DNA of 64,000 nt, from contig SDNW01000001.1 of NCBI GenBank assembly GCA_004524725.1, positions 2,213 to 66,212 on the forward strand. Reading direction: 5' to 3'. Shown piece after piece: positions 17,768-28,508 of the stretch. A program made the position numbers and the translations under genes. Below the pieces are notes generated by a model that saw only the letters and a list, made by a program, of their open reading frames with translations, did not search any database and was not told where the DNA came from. The first letter of the stretch is position 1, and every line of letters starts with the position of its first letter. The stretch is from Promethearchaeota archaeon (GTDB taxonomy: Archaea; Asgardarchaeota; Lokiarchaeia; Sigyniarchaeales; SOKP01).

Positions 17768-17947
17768 TTTTTATTTCACTAATTTTGATAATTCTATTAA
17801 TTAATGTATAATTTTGAACATTTTAAGTAATTTCACCATATTCTATAAGCACTATATAGAGATATATAGGAAATTGAGACAATTTTTATGGAAAATAAGA
17901 CGATTTAATCAAATATGAGATTATTCTATATAGTTCTGTTTTAATTT

Positions 17948-20944
17948 TTATAATAAATCTTCTAATTCCTCGCGAATCATATGAATAAAATCAATTCCTT
18001 CGATTTGGCAGTCTTTAATGAAGCCTTGACCATAATCGATTGATCCTCCCCCTTTACCATTAAATGTTTCCGAAATCCGCCTTATAAATAAGCCCATATT
18101 AAGGTTGAGTTTGTTAGAAGGTAGTTGTCCCATCATACCAAGGAGAACCATCCCATTGTTTATGGTACTTATCAAAAAAGCAATGATATCCTCCGAATAT
18201 TTCATGATATTTTTCCCTAAGGAATTTAAATCTTTCTGAGAAACATTGTCAAAATATTTAAGAATTAATTTGAAACCATTAATTTTTTCAGCATCTTTAA
18301 TAACTTTTTCAATATAATCCTTGCTAAATATATTCTGGAGATCTTTTAGCTTTTTTTTTGCTTCTTCCCATTCAGAATAAAATTTTTCTATTCGGGATGG
18401 TATGAGATCTTTCGGAATTTTTTCCTCCTTCTTTGTTTTTAAGGTTTTTGTTAATTCGGATAGGATGTCCCCAGTTGATCTTTCCTTTGAATTCAATTGA
18501 AGGTCTTTTTCTTTCACTTTCCCGAATTTGAGTTGTTCGAGTGCCTTGTTCAATTTTTTCCATTTATTAAGTAATTCTTTTGTACGTCCTACAATAAATT
18601 GTCTATCTATACCAAATTTCTTTTCTAATTGCTGCAATATTTTTTCTTGTTTTTCCTCATACTTCTTTGTTGCTTCTCCTGCAGTAAAAGTTAATCTGAT
18701 GATTCCATCTTGAATTTTTCGTGATTTAGTTATCTTAATTCTGCCAGTTTCTGCAGTATTATTTAAATGTGTCCCTCCACAAGCTTCTACATCAACACCA
18801 GGAATTTCTACAATACGTATCATTTTGCCCGGAACAGCCCCACCTTGGTAAATTCTCATTCCATATTTTTTTTCGGCATCAGATCGAGGGATAAAAGATA
18901 AATTCAAATCGATACTTCTCTCCACAATTTCATTAGATAACTCCTCAATTTGCTTAAGCTTATCTGAAGGTATTTGTGCATAATGGGTTATATCTAAATG
19001 TGAATTCTTAAGGGTTTTTTTTGCGCCAGCTTGATTAATATGGTCGCCCAAGATTTCTCTCGCGGCTGCATTGACAATGTGAGTGGCAGTATGATGTTGT
19101 GATAGTTGATATCGCCAGTTTTTATCCACTTCAACTCTTACTTCATCACCTTCTTTAAAATGCGGAGATTCCTCTAGTACATGAATAATGTGATTTCCTT
19201 GTTTATAGACATTGTGAAATGATTGATCATTAATTCGTCCAATATCATGCAATTGACCCCCAGAAGTTGGATACGCAATTGTTTTATCCAATATTATATT
19301 TTTATCAATGATTTTCAGTACTTTTGCCTTATTAGATATATTTGTATAATCGTAATAATAAAGAGCTTGCGTCTCAGGTATTTTGTCCAAATCTAGTGCA
19401 ACCTCCTTAATCAGATCTTTTGCTTTTTCTTTCATTTCATGTTTTTCTACAACAAGGTTGTAAAAGTTATCAGGAATTTTAATTGAAACTCCAAACTTTT
19501 TCGCAGTTTTTTTGACTAAATCGGGGCTTATTCCTCTGGAATCATATAATTCTATAAGTGTTGCAACAGAAATATCTCCATCTTTGATGCGTCTTTCCAG
19601 AATTTTACTGGCTTTCTTTTTATTTTGATAATATTTTTGCTTTTCTACATCTAAAATCTCTCGAATTTCTCCCAAATGATCAGATAATTCTGGGAAAATC
19701 CCTTTTAATTCTTCAGCATGCCATATACAGACTTGTGCAAGATCGATATCCCATTGAAAAGTATCAATAAAAGATATTGCACGGCGAAAAATAACTCGTA
19801 AATTATACCCTCCTCCCATATTAGATGGTAATTTTCCATCATTTATCGCAAGCAATAACGTCCTCGAATGTTCTGCGATAGAATAGAGAGCAGTCATCGG
19901 CAAGATCTTTGCTTTTAATTCTAATACCGTACTTTCTAATTTATTTGCTACTTTTTGCCAGGCATTATCCATATCTTCAACTTCATCACTATTTAGGTAA
20001 GCTGAATATTTAGAAAAATTATTGTATAACTCTAGATCCAATTTAATATCAGTTAATTCTCTTAATTTTGAAATCACATAAGGAAATGTAGCTTCATAGA
20101 TATTTGGAGTTCCTTGCGAGAACCAAGCAACTCTTTCTTGACCCATACCCATATCAAGTACTTTTAGACCAAGTTCTTTAGGTCCTTCGCTAGTTTGTTC
20201 ATACATAGTATAGACTTGATTAAATAATTCTACCCCCCTACTGAAAAATTCAAGGCTACATCCAAATGATCCTCCACCAGCCCAACTATCCTCATGGATG
20301 GTAATTTCTTCCTTTGCTAAACCCACTCCAATATGAATAAAATCATGGATATCTTGGAACAATTGCCCTTGATTCCACTCCTCTGGCGTCCCAAAAAAAT
20401 GCTGCCCGATCATAGTAAAACCACTTAAATGAGCACCAGTTAAGCCTACATTCTCTATATCATTGAATCGTAAACAGAATTGGGGAATAATCAGTTTCTT
20501 TGCTGGAGGTTCGACCTCGCCTGTGATTACGTAAGGTTGAAAAGCAGATATTGACGCAATCGTGAATTCAGACGTAGGATTCCATCTCGCAACACACGGA
20601 TACCGGTTTATAGGCACGTATCCTCGGGGTTCTAGTACCTCAATCATTTTCTCCCATACTCCAATATATGATAATTTTATCCTTGCGGGATTCTTTTCAG
20701 TCACTTGAAAACCCCCAGAACACACTGGATCACCACAAAAAGTTCTTTCTTTGAGTTGAGTCCAAAAAAAAGTGCCACATTGTTCACATTGTTTTCTCAT
20801 ATATCCTAAGTTCCTTAACTCTTTAGTCGGAAAATATTTATCAGGATTTTTTGAAGCAATCTCTTTAAATGCTTTTTTAATTTCCTTATCGCTTTGTAAG
20901 TCTTTAAGATCTGTCAAATCATCATTAGAGGGCAACTTGATCAC
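17948..20944 (-). CDS. alaS: alanyl-tRNA synthetase, archaeal type
   Basis: The 998-aa protein has a class II core (FTMIGQHFFG, GMGQERV), the editing-domain HxxxH/CxxxH motifs (HHTATH, ACGGTH) and a C-terminal DHHA1-like tail (GKGGGS). Confidence 0.95.
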   Translation of the reverse strand: MIKLPSNDDLTDLKDLQSDKEIKKAFKEIASKNPDKYFPTKELRNLGYMRKQCEQCGTFFWTQLKERTFCGDPVCSGGFQVTEKNPARIKLSYIGVWEKMIEVLEPRGYVPINRYPCVARWNPTSEFTIASISAFQPYVITGEVEPPAKKLIIPQFCLRFNDIENVGLTGAHLSGFTMIGQHFFGTPEEWNQGQLFQDIHDFIHIGVGLAKEEITIHEDSWAGGGSFGCSLEFFSRGVELFNQVYTMYEQTSEGPKELGLKVLDMGMGQERVAWFSQGTPNIYEATFPYVISKLRELTDIKLDLELYNNFSKYSAYLNSDEVEDMDNAWQKVANKLESTVLELKAKILPMTALYSIAEHSRTLLLAINDGKLPSNMGGGYNLRVIFRRAISFIDTFQWDIDLAQVCIWHAEELKGIFPELSDHLGEIREILDVEKQKYYQNKKKASKILERRIKDGDISVATLIELYDSRGISPDLVKKTAKKFGVSIKIPDNFYNLVVEKHEMKEKAKDLIKEVALDLDKIPETQALYYYDYTNISNKAKVLKIIDKNIILDKTIAYPTSGGQLHDIGRINDQSFHNVYKQGNHIIHVLEESPHFKEGDEVRVEVDKNWRYQLSQHHTATHIVNAAAREILGDHINQAGAKKTLKNSHLDITHYAQIPSDKLKQIEELSNEIVERSIDLNLSFIPRSDAEKKYGMRIYQGGAVPGKMIRIVEIPGVDVEACGGTHLNNTAETGRIKITKSRKIQDGIIRLTFTAGEATKKYEEKQEKILQQLEKKFGIDRQFIVGRTKELLNKWKKLNKALEQLKFGKVKEKDLQLNSKERSTGDILSELTKTLKTKKEEKIPKDLIPSRIEKFYSEWEEAKKKLKDLQNIFSKDYIEKVIKDAEKINGFKLILKYFDNVSQKDLNSLGKNIMKYSEDIIAFLISTINNGMVLLGMMGQLPSNKLNLNMGLFIRRISETFNGKGGGSIDYGQGFIKDCQIEGIDFIHMIREELEDLL

Positions 20945-21143
20945 TAATAAATTGTTTTATTTTTTACAGTTCCAATAATTTGATAAATTTATGATTTCCT
21001 AAAATTTTTTGTATTTATTAAATTAAATTTCATGAAATACTATATTTGATAAGATATGGTCAGCTCGAGAACAATAGGTTTAAATAAAATAAAAGAAGAT
21101 TAGTATTATTAGTTAATCCATAATCATAAAGGAGTGATCTTAA

Positions 21144-21509
21144 ATGACTTTCCCATATTATGATCCATTTGGAGCATTTGGTGCAATCTTCGGGATAATG
21201 ATTATCGTTATTATTGCTTCATGCGTAATACAAATTGCTATTGCTGTATGGGTCTATAATGATGCAAAAAAGAGAAATATGGAACCTGCAATGTGGCTAG
21301 CAATAACTTTATTGGCGGGATGTATAGGTTGTATTATTTATTTAGTAGTAAGGGATCCTATTCCTACTGATACAATACCTATCGGTAATGAAGCTTATGA
21401 TACTCAAGATGTTAGGCCAAAATTAGAAAACGGTACTTTTTGTAGTAATTGTGGCAGTGAAATACCAGCTGGAGCTAAATTTTGTCCTTCATGCGGTAAT
21501 CCACGATAA
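21144..21509 (+). CDS. small membrane protein (PLDc_N-like two-TM module) with C-terminal zinc ribbon
   Basis: WVYNDAKKRNMEPAMWLAITLLAGCIGCIIYLVVR is followed by CSNCGSEIPAGAKFCPSCGNP. GGAGTGA lies 6 nt before the ATG. Confidence 0.6.
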   Translation: MTFPYYDPFGAFGAIFGIMIIVIIASCVIQIAIAVWVYNDAKKRNMEPAMWLAITLLAGCIGCIIYLVVRDPIPTDTIPIGNEAYDTQDVRPKLENGTFCSNCGSEIPAGAKFCPSCGNPR

Positions 21510-21511
21510 AT

Positions 21512-21970
21512 TTAGACATCTTCCAAATCCAATGATTGAAAACGAGAATATCCTAGCTTAATTAAATCATAATCTAAATATTCTATTTTATTTGGAATTA
21601 TTTTCAAAATAAGATTTCTTTTACCTCGTACAATTTTCTGAGCTTTTTCAAATTCTTGATCTCTTTCTCTCAAAAAAATCAGATTTTTTACTCCCATTGC
21701 GGTAATTTGCATTCCTTGAATTTTTCCGGAATCTAAAGGCGAATAAATACCGATACTAATAATAGGATTTTCTTCGATATTAGTTACTTTTCTTCCGGGA
21801 GCAAGTCCAACATATATATTGTAGTTTTCATCGTTATTTTCCATGTAAAAATCCATAGGAGTAGCACGGGGAATATTATTTGAACATGTACATAGAACTA
21901 GGACTTTTCTCTTTTTTAGAAATTTTCTAATCTCTTCTTCTAGAATAGATTTAGGCATTTTTTTCTTCAA
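21512..21970 (-). CDS. pyridoxamine-5'-phosphate-oxidase-like FMN-binding split-barrel protein (tentative)
   Basis: The size (152 aa) and the pattern KVLVLCT...PRATPMDFY...LAPGRKVTNIEENP resemble the PNPOx-like family. No catalytic assignment is possible. Confidence 0.45.
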   Translation of the reverse strand: MKKKMPKSILEEEIRKFLKKRKVLVLCTCSNNIPRATPMDFYMENNDENYNIYVGLAPGRKVTNIEENPIISIGIYSPLDSGKIQGMQITAMGVKNLIFLRERDQEFEKAQKIVRGKRNLILKIIPNKIEYLDYDLIKLGYSRFQSLDLEDV

Positions 21971-22068
21971 AATAAAGCACCAATTAATATCTAATTTTCA
22001 TCATTAAAAGGGGTTTTGATCGATTTTTAAATCCCCGGTCTTTTAAAGAAAGAATAGGATAAATGAAA

Positions 22069-23205
22069 TCAACGTAAATTACTATTTGGGAAATCGGTAT
22101 TATCTACTGCAGCACGGACATATGGTGAGATTGGTCCTCTTCCCAATGCCATAATCCGTATTTTTGAACCAAGAGAAGGGTTTAAAGCTGTTCCAAATTT
22201 TAATGATGCTTGTTTGGGAATTTCATTAGATATTGTAGAAATGATTTTATCCATCTTTGATAACGATAATTTGTGATCTCCTGAAACGGATACAATACAC
22301 TTATCGATTTTATTAGGATCAGGATCTAAAAGCGGGTTATTTAAGGCTAGATGCGCTTTACTGATTAAATCTTTCTCCTCACCTAATGATTCTGTTATGC
22401 CAATTAGCCCACTCGGATATAACCCAGATTTTTCAAGTACTTTTCTCACATCAGCGTAATCAATATTTATTAAACCACAATTGTTAATTAAATTCAAAAT
22501 TTCTTTTATGCTCCTAATTAACACTTCATCCATTATTTTAAATCCGGATAAAATTGGCAATTTTTCATTAAATTTTAATAAATTATCATTAGGAATGGGG
22601 ATTAATGTGTCGGTATTTTTCACGAGTTCCTTTAACCCCCTTTGAGCTCGTGATCTTCTCTCATTACCTTCTGAAGAAAAAGGTATCGAACAAAACGTAA
22701 CTACCGTTGCGTTATTCTTTTTTGCTTCTCTTGCAATAATGGGGGCTGCTCCCGTTCCAGTTCCTCCACCTAACCCGTATGTTAAAAATACAACATCAGC
22801 ATTCAAAGCCTCGGCTAATCTTTCAGCATCCTCTTCTGCTGCCGTTGCCCCAATTTCAGGATCATTACCTGAACCTAGTCCATTACAAGTTTCCTTCCCA
22901 ATTAATAATTTTTTAGTGGCATTGGAATAATAAAGGTCGTGAGCATCAGTATTAATATTGAGAGTTTCTACACAGTCTGTTTGAAATTCTTGCATTCTTG
23001 ATACTGTATTATTACCCGCTCCTCCAATTCCAACGACTATAGATTTAATTTTGAGGACTTTCAATAAATCAGATAAATATTTATCGCTATCTAAATTTGC
23101 ATTTTGATTATCTATTTTATTTTGACGTGCAATTTCATTAAATCTTGATCGTACCGATAATCGCGAATTTACCACTTTATTTAGATCAAATTCATCGTTT
23201 GTCAT
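22069..23205 (-). CDS. ftsZ: cell-division GTPase FtsZ
   Basis: It has GIGGAGNNTVSRM (G-box 1), the tubulin signature GLGGGTGTGAAPIIA and the T7-loop region NDNLL. Confidence 0.85.
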   Translation of the reverse strand: MTNDEFDLNKVVNSRLSVRSRFNEIARQNKIDNQNANLDSDKYLSDLLKVLKIKSIVVGIGGAGNNTVSRMQEFQTDCVETLNINTDAHDLYYSNATKKLLIGKETCNGLGSGNDPEIGATAAEEDAERLAEALNADVVFLTYGLGGGTGTGAAPIIAREAKKNNATVVTFCSIPFSSEGNERRSRAQRGLKELVKNTDTLIPIPNDNLLKFNEKLPILSGFKIMDEVLIRSIKEILNLINNCGLINIDYADVRKVLEKSGLYPSGLIGITESLGEEKDLISKAHLALNNPLLDPDPNKIDKCIVSVSGDHKLSLSKMDKIISTISNEIPKQASLKFGTALNPSLGSKIRIMALGRGPISPYVRAAVDNTDFPNSNLR

Positions 23206-23399
23206 TCACAACATCCATTTTGATAAATAGTGTGTTTTATAATATGAGTATTATATCCATATAATATAGCGTAGTAATATGCATGTAATATCATCAATAT
23301 TTAATTCGTATGTATATGCTCATTTTGAGCTAAGAGAAGAATTTAATTGAAATTACTAAAATTTATAAGAATAGATTTTCATGTTAAATATACTAGGGG

Positions 23400-23648
23400 T
23401 TGTTGGTCATGGAAATTGATATAAATAAAAAAAATGATGATAAAGCTTCTAGTGGGTCAAATGATGATAATTTGATTAATGTCAGAGTTATTATTAGTTG
23501 CCCTACAGGAGATTATAAAAAGAAATTCAGAAATCAATTTCCCAGAGATCAAATGGATTTATTTTTAGTTTCCGCTCGAGTTTTTGATTGGATGACTTGT
23601 CCTCGTTGTGGTGAACTTCTTAATTGTAACTTTGAATTTAATATCTAA
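23400..23648 (+). CDS. hypothetical small protein with Cys pair (CPRCG)
   Basis: This is an ORF only. The likely start is the ATG at 23409 (MEIDINKK). I recognise no family. Confidence 0.3.
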   Translation: MLVMEIDINKKNDDKASSGSNDDNLINVRVIISCPTGDYKKKFRNQFPRDQMDLFLVSARVFDWMTCPRCGELLNCNFEFNI

Positions 23649-23672
23649 GCTTGATTTTTATATTATACATTA

Positions 23673-24989
23673 TTAAACATCTAAATCAACTTTGATCGCT
23701 CCATAAGTTCCTCCACCACCAGGAGTATAACTAATCTCGCCATTTCGCATAGCCTCTATTATTTCACCAATGTTTTTATTATAATTTTTGATGGTCTCTG
23801 TGGGTAAATCAATTAAAATTTCATACTCGGGTCCCAATTGAGAAATTATCTTATCATAGGCATTTAAAACAGTCTTGCTAGTGCTACTTTTTATATTTTT
23901 GATTGAGCGAATAATATCGATTAATGGAATTGCATTGATATAGGGAGGACGATGACGGGGATGGGTAGATTTTTTATAGCTAGCGATAATTTCAATTCTT
24001 TCACTAACGCCCAACTTAATTTTATAGTTTTTATTCAATTTTTCCTTACATGCAGGACAGATCATTTTTCCCTTCGCAACAGTATTGATAAAATCCGTTC
24101 GTGCGCTTTTTAAGTCATTAGAATAATACTCAACGAATTCTGGTTTGATGCGGTATTTACTAAAAATCGAGCTAGAAGCCTTATCGGCTTTTTTAAAAAT
24201 TATTCGCCGCCTACATTTATAACAAAACATATTATAGTATTTCCCAAGTTTTGGATGCAAACCTACATTGAGTATAATTTTTCGCGAATTTTTTCTTAGT
24301 AACGCAGATTTTATTTCATCAAAAGAAGGATTATCTATTTCAATTCTGTTAAATTCTCTTCCCAAAGAGCGTGGTGATTGCGAATGAGCATCACTGTTAC
24401 TAAGAAAAGATATATCTTTTAGGCATTCCAAACGATCTGCTAAATTAGTATTCGCTGAAAGTCCCAATTCAATGAATGATACCTTTTTTAGAGCATCTTG
24501 GTAGCAATCTTCCAAATTACTATATTGATTTTGGCGGAAGATTGCTTTGAAAGGAGTAAAAGCGTGTGCGGGACCGATCATACCCCCTAAATCCGTAATT
24601 ATATCTACTAAATCAGCTGGAGTTAAATTAACCCTTGGTCTACCACCCCATTCATCAAATAAATTCTTGGAGTAACTATGGAGCTTTTTTTGAGCTTCAA
24701 CTACGCTTTTAAAATCAGGAAAAAGTACTACATGATGAATATTTTCCTTATCCTCGATTTCAGTTTGTAGGATGAAAAATATGTCATTATATTGATAAGA
24801 ACCATCGCTATTTTTCTGAAGGTTATGCTGCATGTATTTTAACCACTCTGGTTGTAAAATATCGCCAGTTCCTAGGACATGGAGTCCTTTTTGTTTACAG
24901 GTGTCAACCATGGTATCCAAATTCAGAGATTGTGATACTGCGATTGAATGAGGACTATGGATATGAAGGTCGGTATTATAAACTTGCAT
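23673..24989 (-). CDS. endonuclease Q-like PHP-domain nuclease with zinc finger
   Basis: DLHIHSPHS, GTGD, GPAHAFTP, ELGLSA, SNSDAHS, LGREFNR, the internal Cys pairs CYKCRR and CPACK, RPPY and the C-terminal PGGGGTYG are collinear with my recollection of the Pyrococcus EndoQ family. Confidence 0.75.
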   Translation of the reverse strand: MQVYNTDLHIHSPHSIAVSQSLNLDTMVDTCKQKGLHVLGTGDILQPEWLKYMQHNLQKNSDGSYQYNDIFFILQTEIEDKENIHHVVLFPDFKSVVEAQKKLHSYSKNLFDEWGGRPRVNLTPADLVDIITDLGGMIGPAHAFTPFKAIFRQNQYSNLEDCYQDALKKVSFIELGLSANTNLADRLECLKDISFLSNSDAHSQSPRSLGREFNRIEIDNPSFDEIKSALLRKNSRKIILNVGLHPKLGKYYNMFCYKCRRRIIFKKADKASSSIFSKYRIKPEFVEYYSNDLKSARTDFINTVAKGKMICPACKEKLNKNYKIKLGVSERIEIIASYKKSTHPRHRPPYINAIPLIDIIRSIKNIKSSTSKTVLNAYDKIISQLGPEYEILIDLPTETIKNYNKNIGEIIEAMRNGEISYTPGGGGTYGAIKVDLDV

Positions 24990-25049
24990 TAATCTAACAA
25001 TAATTCGATTTCCTTTAAAATTTAATTATTAAAATACTATCAGCTAATT

Positions 25050-26108
25050 TTATCGCAAATTAAGTTTAATTTGACGCCATTTTTTTAGATTTTTAACATC
25101 ATTTAATTTTTCATAGCAACTAATAAGAGTCTCAACAACATCTTGTTCATTCGAATTAAGATTGAATACCTTCTCGTAGTATTCAGCAGCAACGGTAAAG
25201 TTTTTTTTTTGGTATTGTATTTTAGCCACTTTTTTCAGAACATTAATAAATTCTGGATGTAAATCTAGTGCCTTATTGTAATATATCATTGCTTGAGAAT
25301 AATCTTGCAGTAGTTCGTAAGAAAAGCCAAGATTTTCATAAAGAATAGGATCTTTATCATTCAGAGTAAGTGCTTGATTAAAGGATTCAATCGCCTTGCT
25401 GCAATTTTCCTTAAATAAGTAGGATAATCCTATATAATTCCACGCTCTGAGAAGGTAGGGATCAAATTCTAAGGACTTTGAAAAAGAAGCGATAGCTATA
25501 TCATATTCTCTTGTTTCATAGGCAATTTCTCCGAAATCAAACCATAGATCTGGATTATCGGGAGCTAATTCTAATGCTTTTTTATTATAAAATATGGCAT
25601 TTGTGAAATCCTGTAAATCAAAATATATTGAAGCTAAATTATTGTATAATATTGGGTCATCTGGATTAATTTTGATCGCTTTTTCGTAGCTTCTAATTGC
25701 TTTATCATGTTGGTTGAGGTCTTTATAAAGAATTGCCATGTTATTTAGCGCATCGGTATAACTTGGATCAAATTCTAAAGATTTCTTATAGTATTTTAAT
25801 GCTTTATCATATTGTTCTTTCTCTTCATAAGCACAAGCAATATTATAATAAACTACGGCATCCTCAGGATCTAATTTGAGTGCATGAAAATAGGAATCAA
25901 TTGCATCATCTAATTCACCTTTCATCGAATAACTGAGTCCTAAATTATTCCAAATTTCTGAATAATATGGATTAATTTCAAGTGCTTTTTTATAACTATG
26001 TATTGCGTTCTCAAAATCATCTTTATCATAATAAGCATCTCCCAAATTAATCCAACTATCTAAATCATCAGGATCGTGCCTAAGCGATTCTTTAAATCGT
26101 TCGATCAT
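25050..26108 (-). CDS. tetratricopeptide (TPR) repeat protein
   Basis: About ten consecutive 34-aa units have the W/Y-x-N-L-G...A-x-x-Y...A-L-E-x-D/N-P consensus. Confidence 0.85.
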   Translation of the reverse strand: MIERFKESLRHDPDDLDSWINLGDAYYDKDDFENAIHSYKKALEINPYYSEIWNNLGLSYSMKGELDDAIDSYFHALKLDPEDAVVYYNIACAYEEKEQYDKALKYYKKSLEFDPSYTDALNNMAILYKDLNQHDKAIRSYEKAIKINPDDPILYNNLASIYFDLQDFTNAIFYNKKALELAPDNPDLWFDFGEIAYETREYDIAIASFSKSLEFDPYLLRAWNYIGLSYLFKENCSKAIESFNQALTLNDKDPILYENLGFSYELLQDYSQAMIYYNKALDLHPEFINVLKKVAKIQYQKKNFTVAAEYYEKVFNLNSNEQDVVETLISCYEKLNDVKNLKKWRQIKLNLR

Positions 26109-26173
26109 AATTCCTTAATATTAAAAATGCAAAATATCTAAAATCTTTTTGTAAAATCCATATTAATTGATTT

Positions 26174-27229
26174 CTATGGTATAACAATCATTTTATCAGT
26201 AATTTGATTCTCCAACACTATCCGAAAATATTCTTGTTGATGTTTAAATCGCACTTTTTCTAATTTACCATTTATAATGACAGTTTCATCTTCTATAGCT
26301 TGTTCACAATATCTTCCTCTGTAGGAACAGACTTCATTGATTCTTTCTATTCGAATTTTTTGGTCATTAATTGATGAAGATAATATCTTTAATGTTTCGA
26401 TTTTATAATTACAAGGTGTAAAAATAGAATCTGTAGCATCTTTGATTTTTGCTTTCAGATAAATTCTGCCAAGATTTTGAAATTGATAATCATAATAACT
26501 TCCTTTCCAATCTTCAGGGCTTTTAAGATATCTTATAAAAAAGTCAATACCCTTATATTTGCCTTGATGTAATTTTCTCCTTTCGGAGTAAAAAAATTTT
26601 TCATATGGAATATCAGAACCACCTGCACGCCAATTATAGTGTTTGAGATACTCTTGTTTATTATACATCCGACAATTATTTGGAGCTTTAAAAACTTTAT
26701 CTAAAGATTGTTGGAAATCTATACTATTTTTAGTACCATATATTACTAAATCAATATCTGATTCATTTTTATTTAAACCGACCATTTGGGAACCAGTTAT
26801 GCCAATTGCATCATCTGGTATACCTCCCTCCTCAATGAACAATTCGCACAAACCTTTCGAAGCTTTCTCAACTCGGGAGAGATTATTTCTATTATATAAT
26901 GACTTGAAATAGATTCTTGGAGAGTATATCTGTTTAATCTCCTCATTTTTGACTGCCTGTAATTCCAAATCCCATTCTTTAGAAAAAAATAGATATTGGG
27001 GATAATTTGCTTTTAAAAAAGAAGATCTTTCCTTAAGATCATAGATTTTTTTATATTTTGTACCATCCTTAACTCTATCGCCATCTGTACTAGGGTAAAA
27101 TCTAATAAAGCATATTTTTCTGTCATTCGGATGATGTACTCCCTTAACATCGAAAAAAAGGCGGGTTCTTTTAGATTCTATATAATCGCCCTCAATCCCT
27201 ATCGGAATTATCATGGAATTTCTAACCAA
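26174..27229 (-). CDS. predicted Pol-beta-superfamily nucleotidyltransferase with C-terminal beta-rich (OB-like?) domain
   Basis: GITGSQMVGLNKNESDIDLVIYG is the G[SG]-x(n)-DxD minimal NTase motif. The rest is unassigned. Confidence 0.5.
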   Translation of the reverse strand: MVRNSMIIPIGIEGDYIESKRTRLFFDVKGVHHPNDRKICFIRFYPSTDGDRVKDGTKYKKIYDLKERSSFLKANYPQYLFFSKEWDLELQAVKNEEIKQIYSPRIYFKSLYNRNNLSRVEKASKGLCELFIEEGGIPDDAIGITGSQMVGLNKNESDIDLVIYGTKNSIDFQQSLDKVFKAPNNCRMYNKQEYLKHYNWRAGGSDIPYEKFFYSERRKLHQGKYKGIDFFIRYLKSPEDWKGSYYDYQFQNLGRIYLKAKIKDATDSIFTPCNYKIETLKILSSSINDQKIRIERINEVCSYRGRYCEQAIEDETVIINGKLEKVRFKHQQEYFRIVLENQITDKMIVIP

Positions 27230-27237
27230 GAATAGTA

Positions 27238-28344
27238 TTATGAAGGTTTCTTTGATTTTATTTTAAATTTAGGAATATCATTTAATTTTCGTATTTGATT
27301 CTCAAATTCTTTCTTTTCTTTTAAAAATCGTTCTTTATCTCTTTCTAATTTATCTCTCTCTTTCCTAATTGTGTTTTTCTCATCTTCAATGGAAATTTTT
27401 TCCTTTTCAATTTTATCAAAATGATTTTGTAAACTTTTTAATTTATTCTCTAATTCTTTGATATTTCGCTCTAATGAATGATAGAAGCTTTCTGCTTTCG
27501 GAATTTTTTTGTTTAATTCTTTCAGTCTTTTTTCTTCATTTTTTCTGGATGTTTCTAAATTTCTTACCTCATCATCGACTTTGGCTCTAAATTTTTCTAA
27601 GTTTTTTTTTTTCTTATCAATATCACGAGCTTTTAGATCTAAACTTTTTTGCTTATATTTGATTTTATCTTTATATTCCTTTAAACGTCTTTTCTCATCT
27701 TCAATACGATTCCTTTCGTCTATGAGTTCTCTTTTCATATCATTAATCTTTTTATTTAGATTATCCTTCTCTCTCATCAGGTCCTTGATCTCATTTCTTA
27801 AGTCCATTAACTTGTCTTCGTGTTTTTCAATTGTCCTTTCCAAAGCATTTTCTCTTCTTTCCATACCTGGTATTTTTGTCTTAATTTTTTTAATATGATT
27901 TTCTGCTTTGCTTTTTTCTTCTTGTAAATTGGCTTTTTCTTTCTCTAAATCATCTCTAACAGTATTTAACTTATCTTGATATTGTTTTAAATCATTACTC
28001 TTTTGATTTAATTGCTTTTCTTTAATTTGAAGAGAAATTTTATGCTGTTTTATATCGTATCTCATTTTTTCTATATCATTTTTTATCTCATCGCGTTCTT
28101 TTAAGAGTTTTCGAACTTCTATTTCTCTCTCCTTTCTCTTCTTCTCAAGGCTCTCAATATCATCGCCATATTCTTCAATTTTTTTTAGAACTTTTTCCCA
28201 TTCAACTTTTTCTTTAATTAATTTAGCTTGTTCATCTTTTATTTTTTTAAGTAATTTTTGATTTGAACTTGTATCTATATCATTCTGGGGTGTTTTTTCT
28301 CGAATTTGGTATTTAGGAATAGATTTATCGTTCATAATAATCAC
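27238..28344 (-). CDS. K/E-rich coiled-coil protein
   Basis: The 368-aa protein is almost entirely heptad-like charged sequence (EKxxLxxExxKLKxE...). It has no TM segment and no enzymatic motif. Confidence 0.65.
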   Translation of the reverse strand: MIIMNDKSIPKYQIREKTPQNDIDTSSNQKLLKKIKDEQAKLIKEKVEWEKVLKKIEEYGDDIESLEKKRKEREIEVRKLLKERDEIKNDIEKMRYDIKQHKISLQIKEKQLNQKSNDLKQYQDKLNTVRDDLEKEKANLQEEKSKAENHIKKIKTKIPGMERRENALERTIEKHEDKLMDLRNEIKDLMREKDNLNKKINDMKRELIDERNRIEDEKRRLKEYKDKIKYKQKSLDLKARDIDKKKKNLEKFRAKVDDEVRNLETSRKNEEKRLKELNKKIPKAESFYHSLERNIKELENKLKSLQNHFDKIEKEKISIEDEKNTIRKERDKLERDKERFLKEKKEFENQIRKLNDIPKFKIKSKKPS

Positions 28345-28508
28345 AGTATTAATCTCACATTTTTAGTAAATAATAGTGATATACCTTCTAAAGTGTTTGT
28401 GATTTAATTTTAAAATTCTTTACTAAATGGGAGCTTATTTATATAATTTAAATTCTATTATTTTCATAATAAAATATTTTTTAAGCAAAGTTTAAGGGTG
28501 TTTGACTA

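Noticed and set aside
27509-27898. 129-aa S/F/L-rich ORF on the plus strand
   Set aside because: It is antisense to the K/E-rich coiled-coil gene, and its composition is simply the complement of AAR/GAR codons.
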